Source: Bacteroides fragilis (lineage in GTDB: Bacteria > Bacteroidota > Bacteroidia > Bacteroidales > DTGW01). From it: 64,000 nt of DNA. Of the stretch, positions 49,283 through 56,317 are shown in pieces. The stretch's first letter is position 1, and each line of letters starts with the position of its first letter. The position numbers were made by a program, and so were the translations under genes. The stretch lies in the NCBI GenBank assembly GCA_945889005.1, contig CAMDBI010000011.1:1379-65378 (forward strand), written 5' to 3'. The notes beneath the pieces are model-generated. The model was not told where the DNA came from, ran no database searches, and saw only the letters and a list, made by a program, of their open reading frames with translations.

Positions 49283-49973
49283 TGCAATTACAAAGGCAAT
49301 TCGCTGCTACTATGCCGGCAACAATAGTCAGTTTGCATTCAAAAAACACCTCAAACCCAAGATTGACAAAAACGATATTGATTCCATTCATTTATATATT
49401 CATGTTCCATTTTGTTCGCATTGCTGTCCATACTGCCCATACAATAAAATTCAGGTCGATACAAATTTGGTCGAATTGTTCTTCAAAGCACTGGAAACCG
49501 AGATTGAACTTTATCACAATACGGTGGGTTGTATCAATGTTTCGTCGATTTACTTTGGAGGAGGTTCTCCGGCATTATTCCCCGGAGAAGTCGCATCGGT
49601 AATTGAGCAATTACAAAAACTTTTTAAGGTAAATGGCGAAATATGTATTGAAATAAACCCCAACGATTGTACATTCGAAAATTTACAAATACTCAAAAAT
49701 GCAGGCATAAAAACAGTAAGTGTGGGCGTACAATCGTTTCAGGATATCAATCTGAATATAATTGGCAGGTCGTACAATGCACAGGTAGCCGAAAAGGCAG
49801 TTGAAACAGTATGTAGCATCTTCGATTCGGTCAATATCGATCTTATGTTTGCATTGCCAACTCAGGACAATGAAAGTCTGTTGTACGATTTGTCGAAAGC
49901 CATTGGTTTCGGGGTCAATCAGATTACAACCTACCCCCTCTTTACATTTCCATACACGAAAGTTAGCAACTAG
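49272..49973 (+). pseudogene. 5' part of an interrupted HemN-like (class C) radical SAM gene
   Basis: From ATG 49272: HVPFCSHCCPYCPY (CX3CX2C), ..YFGGGSP.., ..VSVGVQSF.., ..NIDLMFALPTQ.., ..QITTYPLFTFPYTKV. A stop follows 3 codons later. The C-terminal half is found at 61581-62165. Confidence 0.75.
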
Positions 49974-50105
49974 CGGGGAGCATTTTCCGTCATTTAACAA
50001 AAAAAATACCCGACGCACAAAGCAACAGTTTGGCAGCCCTTCCCTGCAAGCTTCGCTTCACTGCCAAACACTTGCTTTTTTCCTGCCGCTCCTGCTTCGT
50101 AGATA
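49974..50105. other. GC-rich structured module at the left end of the island
   Basis: Stem GTTTGGCAG / CTGCCAAAC (9 bp) encloses the 24-nt loop CCCTTCCCTGCAAGCTTCGCTTCA. The GC content looks far above the surroundings. Confidence 0.5.
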
Positions 50106-50209
50106 GTTTTGTGCATCTTGATAAATTTTAAAAATCGAAATTAAAGTTTAACTGATTATAATATAGAATTTTAAGAGTGATTTTTATTAACTAAATTATT
50201 AATAATTAT

Positions 50210-50587
50210 ATGTCTTCTGTTTTTTTAAAAAATGAAACCACTATTCGAAAATTTGATATTCAAGAATTGCTTTTTATTACATGTGACGATCATTGCCTTT
50301 CTTTTCATTCAGTAAATAATGTATTTCATACAACTGGATGTATTTGCGATGTTTTAAAAGCTCTTCCAAGCTATTTTGTCTTAATAAATCGCAATACCGT
50401 TATCAATCTTAAACATATTAAAGAGATTAATTTGCCTCTAAGAAGATTAATCTTACAAAACGATACAACACACACAATTTCAAGTCGTAAGATGAGTTCT
50501 TTATTAAAGATGTTTTGTTTTCCAAAAAGCAAGTTAATAATACATACGTTTAATGACGATAATTTCACGTTCACGAAGTGTAACTGA
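50210..50587 (+). CDS. standalone LytTR-type DNA-binding protein
   Basis: 125 aa with ..IQELLFITCDDHCLSFHS.. ..LPSYFVLINRNTVINLKHIKEIN.. ..HTISSRK.. matching the LytTR domain pattern. No receiver domain is present. Confidence 0.72.
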   Translation: MSSVFLKNETTIRKFDIQELLFITCDDHCLSFHSVNNVFHTTGCICDVLKALPSYFVLINRNTVINLKHIKEINLPLRRLILQNDTTHTISSRKMSSLLKMFCFPKSKLIIHTFNDDNFTFTKCN

Positions 50588-50636
50588 CATTTGCTTAAAG
50601 CAATTACTTATTTTCATTTATTTGTATTTTAAATTT

Positions 50637-50979
50637 TAAAAATGTGCCAGCATAAATCTTATAAATTTATTAACACTTTAAAATGGAGGAATTATTATGA
50701 AGAATTTATTTAGTAAGAAAATTTCAAAAGTCAAAGAAGACACACAAGCAAACTGGATTTGTCCATGTTTTGGAGGTTGCACAGGTAATTGTTTTGGAGC
50801 TTGTTATAGTTGTATTGGTGGCTGTAAAGGTGGTTGCTCTAGTTGTAGCGGGACTTGTATGGCTTGTGCAAATGCATGTAATATTAATTGCTTTGTTAGT
50901 ACATACTAATAGTTAGAATAAATGTTAAATATTTGAGAATATTCAAATTGTTTTTTTATAATTAGCTGGCACATTTTTA
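50637..50979. repeat. perfect 15-bp inverted repeat bracketing the precursor gene
   Basis: TAAAAATGTGCCAGC (50637-50651) and GCTGGCACATTTTTA (50965-50979) are exact reverse complements. They enclose the SD site, the ORF and its stop. Confidence 0.85.
50697..50909 (+). CDS. RiPP precursor peptide, 13-Cys CXXX-repeat core
   Basis: 70 aa. Leader MKNLFSKKISKVKEDTQANWI is followed by core CPCFGGCTGNCFGACYSCIGGCKGGCSSCSGTCMACANACNINCFVSTY. A GGAGG lies 7 nt upstream of the ATG. It sits next to exporter, peptidase and radical SAM genes. Confidence 0.8.
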   Translation: MKNLFSKKISKVKEDTQANWICPCFGGCTGNCFGACYSCIGGCKGGCSSCSGTCMACANACNINCFVSTY

Positions 50980-51223
50980 TTGTTTACCTTTAAATTAAGA
51001 TGAAAAAAATGCTTTTTATGCATAACGTTTTGCCAAAACAAGAAAATATGGTTATAAAGTTTGGTGTATTATGGTTTTAAAATATGATAAACTATTTAAG
51101 ATTGACTATTTTCTAATGACTATTAGAAATGTAATCAAATAGAATTAATTCTGAAAGCGTATTTGTAAACTTTAGTATTAAATTTTCTTGGTATATAATT
51201 TGTAATTTTAATTAACTTTTTAA

Positions 51224-53005
51224 ATGAGTTTGAATCTTTTTTCAAAGAATGATACTATTCTTCTTAAACGTGCGGCAAGTTACGTTAAACCATACAAAGC
51301 ACTTTTTTTAATTGCATTTTTTTGCATTTTGTGTGGTGTTGGAATTTCTATGGCACAACCACTTATTTGGGCAAAACTAATTACCAGTTTATTTGATCAA
51401 AGTTACTCAGGGCTTTTGTTCATAATACGTTATATGCTCTTGTTGTTTACTCTGAGTATAATTATTGGCTTTGCGCAATCATTCTTTTTTTCAACATTAA
51501 ATGAAAGAATGATTTATGATATAAAGCGGGATATGTTTGCCAAAGTACTGAATCTGCCAGTCAAAGCATTTGACGATATGAGAACTGGTGAATTTATGTC
51601 TAGGTTAAATAACGATGCCGGAGTAATTGCACATGTCATTACAAGTCAGTTGTTAAATAGTATTATTGATGTTTTAAGAGTTATAATTGTCGGTGTAATA
51701 ATGTTCAGCATAAGCGTAAAACTGTCTTTGGTGATACTTTTTGCCTTCCCTTTTAATTATGTTATTTTTTTCTATTTTGGCAAGATAATTCGCAAAAGAC
51801 AGGCAGCTATTGCAAAAATTAATGATACTTATTTTAGCATTGTTCAGGAATCAGTAAGTGGTGTCAGAGAAATAAAATCTTTAGGGATTAAACACAATGC
51901 CAATGAAAGATTCCTGAAAGTTACAAATATGCTAAAAAATAAAAATATTAAATTAAGCATTATAGGAAATGTTTCGAATTCATCATCACAAGTAGTCAAG
52001 TATGTTACTGAAATTATCGCCATATTTTTTGGTTTTTATTTAATAAAGATAGGGGAAATAAAAATTGAAATGTTCATTGCATTTATGGGGTATACAGAAA
52101 TGTTTAGTGCATCTTTAATGGCATTGACAAGTCTTAATTCAAATATTCAAGAGGCACTTGTTTCAGTTGGCAGAATATTTGGGCTTCTCGATAATCTAAA
52201 CTATTCACAGGAAAAATATGGCAATAGCAATGAACTTGCTATAAACGGCGAAATCTTTTTTGATAATGTTAGCTTTGGTTATGATACTAAAATGGAGGTA
52301 TTAAAGGATGTATCCTTTTCTTTAAAACCGAATAGAAAAATAGCATTAGTTGGAGGAAGTGGTGTAGGGAAAACAACTATAATTAATTTACTTCTGAAAT
52401 TTTATGAACCATCAAAAGGTGCAATTTGTATTGATGGTTATAATATTAGCGATTTCAATGAAGATACATTAAGAACTTTAATATCAGTAGTAAGGCAGGA
52501 ACCTTTTCTTTTTAATATGTCCATTAAAGACAATCTCCTATTAGCAAATTCATTTGCGACTATGGAAGAACTCATCAATGCCTGCACTTTTGCTTATATT
52601 CACGACTTTATCATGTTGTTACCTATGGGTTATGATACTATTGTAGGAGAAAGGGGCGTAAATTTTTCTGGTGGACAAAAACAACGATTCGCAATTGCTC
52701 GAGCTGTCTTAAAGAAGTCAAAAATTATTTTATTTGATGAAGCTACCTCAGCATTGGATAACGAATCTCAATATGCCATAAAAAAAGCAATCGACAAACT
52801 AGCAAAAGAAAAAACACTTTTAATTATTGCTCACAGGTTATTTACTATAATAGATGCAGATGAGATTATTGTTATGGACAATGGAGGAATAGTAGGTGTT
52901 GGTTCTCATAGTCTACTTTTAGAAAACAATGCCATTTATGCAAGGCTTTATAAGGCAGAGGTCGAAACAATAAGTATGAACCATCAAAATACTGTCGTTT
53001 CATGA
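51224..53005 (+). CDS. ABC exporter, fused permease-ATPase (type I exporter), no C39 peptidase domain
   Basis: 593 aa with a 6-TM N-half, Walker A GGSGVGKTT, signature SGGQKQR and Walker B IILFDEATSALD. Confidence 0.9.
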   Translation: MSLNLFSKNDTILLKRAASYVKPYKALFLIAFFCILCGVGISMAQPLIWAKLITSLFDQSYSGLLFIIRYMLLLFTLSIIIGFAQSFFFSTLNERMIYDIKRDMFAKVLNLPVKAFDDMRTGEFMSRLNNDAGVIAHVITSQLLNSIIDVLRVIIVGVIMFSISVKLSLVILFAFPFNYVIFFYFGKIIRKRQAAIAKINDTYFSIVQESVSGVREIKSLGIKHNANERFLKVTNMLKNKNIKLSIIGNVSNSSSQVVKYVTEIIAIFFGFYLIKIGEIKIEMFIAFMGYTEMFSASLMALTSLNSNIQEALVSVGRIFGLLDNLNYSQEKYGNSNELAINGEIFFDNVSFGYDTKMEVLKDVSFSLKPNRKIALVGGSGVGKTTIINLLLKFYEPSKGAICIDGYNISDFNEDTLRTLISVVRQEPFLFNMSIKDNLLLANSFATMEELINACTFAYIHDFIMLLPMGYDTIVGERGVNFSGGQKQRFAIARAVLKKSKIILFDEATSALDNESQYAIKKAIDKLAKEKTLLIIAHRLFTIIDADEIIVMDNGGIVGVGSHSLLLENNAIYARLYKAEVETISMNHQNTVVS

Positions 53006-53709
53006 GTTTAGTAGATGAAAACAGACAAAAGGTAAGAGTGGTTGTAATTGATAGTGGGATTGACTCATCTGTTTCTACTCTAAAACACAATATAATTAAA
53101 TCAACAGGTTTCTGGGTAAATTCTGTTGGTTTGATTGGTGAAGTTTCTAATAAACAAATTAATAGTTTACATGGCACTTCAGTTGCGTTAGTAATAAAGG
53201 ATATTTGTAACAATGTAGAATTTGTTAGTTTTAATATTTTAAATGAAAGGTTAAAAACCGATAGCAGAATAATGATTTACGCAATGAATGAGGCTTTGAG
53301 AGAGAAGCCTAATATTATTCATTTGAGTTTAGGAACAAGTAATTGGAGATATTACTTTTATATAAAAAAAATTGTTAATGAGGCCAAGAAAAATAATATT
53401 ATTATTGTTGCAGCCTATAACAACAAAGGAATATTTCCATCTTATCCAGCTTCAATAAGGGGTGTTGTTGGAGTAAAGAGCTTATTCAACAATTCCGGGA
53501 AAAACTTTTTCTATTATAAATACGGTCGTTACTATGCACCCAATTCACTAAACGAGATTGAAGGTTCTTCAGAATTGATAAATGCTGTTGAAATTAAAGG
53601 GACAAGTATTTCAGCCGCTTATATTACTGGACATATTGCTAATGTAATATTTAATCAAGACATTCATAATTATAATGATATTTTAAAAAGTTTAAAAACG
53701 AGAACTTAA
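53002..53709 (+). CDS. minimal S8 (subtilisin-like) serine peptidase, no signal peptide
   Basis: 235 aa with Asp (VVVIDSGID), His (SLHGTSVA), Asn (AAYNN) and Ser (KGTSISAAYITGH). Its ATG overlaps the ABC stop (ATGA). Confidence 0.8.
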   Translation: MSLVDENRQKVRVVVIDSGIDSSVSTLKHNIIKSTGFWVNSVGLIGEVSNKQINSLHGTSVALVIKDICNNVEFVSFNILNERLKTDSRIMIYAMNEALREKPNIIHLSLGTSNWRYYFYIKKIVNEAKKNNIIIVAAYNNKGIFPSYPASIRGVVGVKSLFNNSGKNFFYYKYGRYYAPNSLNEIEGSSELINAVEIKGTSISAAYITGHIANVIFNQDIHNYNDILKSLKTRT

Positions 53710-53721
53710 AATAAATCTAAA

Positions 53722-55887
53722 ATGACTGAGACAAGAAGTATTAAAATGGGAAACCTTAATAAGGAATGGATGAACGGTGCAGCAAAAAATATAACATTTT
53801 GTGTTACCGAAGATTGTAATCTTGCCTGTAAATATTGTTATATGACAGGCAAAAACGGCACTGTTAAAATGAATTTCGAAACAGCAAAAAAGGCTGTTGA
53901 TTTTATTCTTAATAGCAATAGTGACGAATTTAAACAAAAAGCTGTTATATTTGATTTTATTGGTGGTGAGCCGTTTTTGGAAATTGAACTTATTGATAAA
54001 GTTTCAGATTATATTAAAATCCAAATGTTTGAAATGGATCACAAATGGTTTGATTATTATAGGTTCAGTTTTTCATCCAACGGTTTGTTATATGGGACAA
54101 AAAAAGTACAAGAGTATATTCAAAAGAATCGAGGGCATATTTCCATTGGACTAAGTGTTGATGGAAATAAGTATAAGCATGATTTACAACGCATAAAAAA
54201 GGATGGTTCAGGCTCTTATGATGATGTAGTTAAAAATGTTCCTTTGTGGTTAGAACAATTTCCTTTTGCTACTACTAAGGCTACATTTTCTCACGAAGAT
54301 ATACCATATTTAAAAGATAGTATCATCAGTCTGTGGAACTTGGGCTTAAAAGAAATTCCTGCCAATGTTGTTTTTGAAGATGTCTGGCATGAAGGAGATG
54401 ATGTTATTTTTGAGAACCAATTGAAAGAATTGGCAGATTATATTATTTCTAATGAGTTATGGTGGGAACATTCAGTTAGATTTTTTGATCCCAAAACAGG
54501 TACCCCTCTTTCGCAAAGTGATTTAAATAAAAATTATTGTGGCTCAGGAAAAATGTTATCTATAGATTGCAATGGAGATCTCTTCCCATGCATAAGGTTT
54601 TGCGATATAAGTTTAAACAACCGTGAACCAATAATAATTGGAAATATTGAAAGTGGTATTGATGAGGATAAAGTACGTCCTTTTAAACTGCTTTCATATA
54701 AAAATCAAAGCCCAGAAGAATGTATGAACTGTCAGGTTGCATCAGGGTGTGCTTGGTGTACTGGAGCAAATTACGATTTTGCTGATTCAGATACCATCTA
54801 CCAAAGAGCAATATTTATTTGCAAAATGCATAAAGCGAATGTTCGTGCTAATGAATATTTTTGGAATAAACTTAAAGAACAATTAGGCTATATGCCTCAT
54901 GAAAGGCAAACATGGATTGAAATGAATAAAGTAGAAAATAAATATCTGCAAATAATGACTTCCGATCAAATAATACCCCATTGTAATTACAGAAATTGGC
55001 ATAATAAGAACAATAAAATGGATGATGCAATTTTTGAGAAAAGTATAAAGTTTGCTAAGGAAAATGGCTTTGTTGTGGTTTTTTTTGAAGAGTTTGAAAA
55101 TAAAAGGATTGCAGCTAAAAATCTAAGTGGTATTAATGTAGTTGATGGCAATTCAACTAAATATATCGAAGGTAACAACCTTTATATATTTGACAATTTC
55201 GTAAATGATAATATGGAAAATGTTCAAAACTTGATTCTTCGAATTCATGCTGAAAATATTTCCAATATATATAACTATATTCAAAAACTAACCAATAAGT
55301 CTACAAGAATAAATCTTCAATTGGAATCCATTGAGCGATGGACAGATATCGAATTGCAAATATATGAATCACAATTAAGCCAATTATCTGATTTGGTATT
55401 TGAATCTTACAAAAACAATAATCCTATTGAAATAAATGTTCTAACTGATATAATGGAATTAGAAAGTATTAATGAATGTGGGGCAGGTATTTCTTCTTTT
55501 GCTGTTGCTCCGAATGGTAAAATATATCTATGTCCAGCTTTTTATTTTGAAAACCCGGAAAATTCAATTGGAAGTATAGATGAGGGTATTTCCATAATAA
55601 ATAGTCATATGTTATATGCTGAAAATTCTCCAATTTGTTCAAAATGCGATGCCTTTCATTGTAATAGATGTAAATTTTTGAATAAGAAACGAACCAACGA
55701 AATTAATACCCCTTCAAAGATGCAATGTATTATTAGTCATATTGAAAGAAATAAATCTAGAGAACTTCAATTGCGTTTAAAGGAATGGGGTTTTAATGAT
55801 TTCAAAAATTTCATTAAAGAAATCGATTATCTAGACCCTTTAGACCACCTATTATTAACTCACGATAGCGATGGACGTTGTATATAA
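53722..55887 (+). CDS. radical SAM / SPASM peptide maturase with a second C-terminal SPASM-like Cys-rich domain
   Basis: 721 aa with CX3CX2C (EDCNLACKYCY) and GGEPF. The first SPASM region is CGSGKMLSIDCNGDLFPC..CMNCQVASGCAWC. The C-terminal half repeats the pattern as CGAGISSFAVAPNGKIYLCP..CSKCDAFHCNRC..C. Confidence 0.88.
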   Translation: MTETRSIKMGNLNKEWMNGAAKNITFCVTEDCNLACKYCYMTGKNGTVKMNFETAKKAVDFILNSNSDEFKQKAVIFDFIGGEPFLEIELIDKVSDYIKIQMFEMDHKWFDYYRFSFSSNGLLYGTKKVQEYIQKNRGHISIGLSVDGNKYKHDLQRIKKDGSGSYDDVVKNVPLWLEQFPFATTKATFSHEDIPYLKDSIISLWNLGLKEIPANVVFEDVWHEGDDVIFENQLKELADYIISNELWWEHSVRFFDPKTGTPLSQSDLNKNYCGSGKMLSIDCNGDLFPCIRFCDISLNNREPIIIGNIESGIDEDKVRPFKLLSYKNQSPEECMNCQVASGCAWCTGANYDFADSDTIYQRAIFICKMHKANVRANEYFWNKLKEQLGYMPHERQTWIEMNKVENKYLQIMTSDQIIPHCNYRNWHNKNNKMDDAIFEKSIKFAKENGFVVVFFEEFENKRIAAKNLSGINVVDGNSTKYIEGNNLYIFDNFVNDNMENVQNLILRIHAENISNIYNYIQKLTNKSTRINLQLESIERWTDIELQIYESQLSQLSDLVFESYKNNNPIEINVLTDIMELESINECGAGISSFAVAPNGKIYLCPAFYFENPENSIGSIDEGISIINSHMLYAENSPICSKCDAFHCNRCKFLNKKRTNEINTPSKMQCIISHIERNKSRELQLRLKEWGFNDFKNFIKEIDYLDPLDHLLLTHDSDGRCI

Positions 55888-55915
55888 CAAAAGTTTAATT
55901 TTAAAAACAAACAAA

Positions 55916-56209
55916 ATGAATAAAGAAAAAGTAGGTTTTGTAACTGAAGAAGAAAAAGAAGAAATAAGGGTTCTTCACGAAAGGAAATTGGCATTGAATG
56001 AACTTATTCCTTCTCTTGGAACTGGATTGTTATCCGATGACAAAAGAAACGAAATATACGAAAAGGTTTTACAAGACATGGGTAAAACTAATTCATTATT
56101 TCAGGCATGGTGGAATAGCAAAAGTGTTAAATACAACTGGAAATCAATGGAAAATGGTAATTGGTCGATTGATTTTGATACAAATGAAATTTTTTTAGTT
56201 ACAAACTAA
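55916..56209 (+). CDS. small Trp-rich accessory protein of the RiPP cassette
   Basis: 97 aa from ATG 55916 (MNKEKVGFVTEEEKEE.. ..FQAWWNSKSVKYNWKSMENGNWSIDF..). The ORF-track start at 55871 overlaps the radical SAM gene end. Function unknown. Confidence 0.5.
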   Translation: MNKEKVGFVTEEEKEEIRVLHERKLALNELIPSLGTGLLSDDKRNEIYEKVLQDMGKTNSLFQAWWNSKSVKYNWKSMENGNWSIDFDTNEIFLVTN

Positions 56210-56235
56210 AATGAAATTTTAAATTATTTGAGTAT

Positions 56236-56286
56236 GTATACTTTTTTAATAATATTATCGTTATTAGAAAAGTATACTCGTTTTTT
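56236..56286 (+). terminator. Rho-independent terminator closing the RiPP core operon
   Basis: Stem GTATACTTTT (56236-56245) / AAAAGTATAC (56268-56277) is followed by TTTTTT (56281-56286). Confidence 0.5.
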
Positions 56287-56317
56287 ATGCTTTTATAGAA
56301 CGTTATTTTATTAATTT

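Noticed and set aside
49282-49602. 106-aa ORF in another frame of the HemN-like fragment
   Set aside because: The CX3CX2C-containing frame is clearly the real one.
49801-50106. 101-aa plus-strand ORF running through the left GC-rich island end
   Set aside because: It overlaps the HemN-like fragment in another frame and then reads through the hairpin module. Its composition (Leu/Arg/Ser/Pro-rich) is typical of a GC-driven spurious frame.
51000-51080. 26-codon ORF (MKKMLFMHNVLPKQENMVIKFGVLWF) between the precursor and the ABC gene, considered as a second precursor or immunity peptide
   Set aside because: It has no Cys, no SD and no similarity to the precursor, and is too short to judge. It is left unannotated.
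55998-56198. 66-aa ORF in another frame of the small accessory gene
   Set aside because: It overlaps the 97-aa frame that follows the radical SAM stop with sensible spacing, and nothing supports it.
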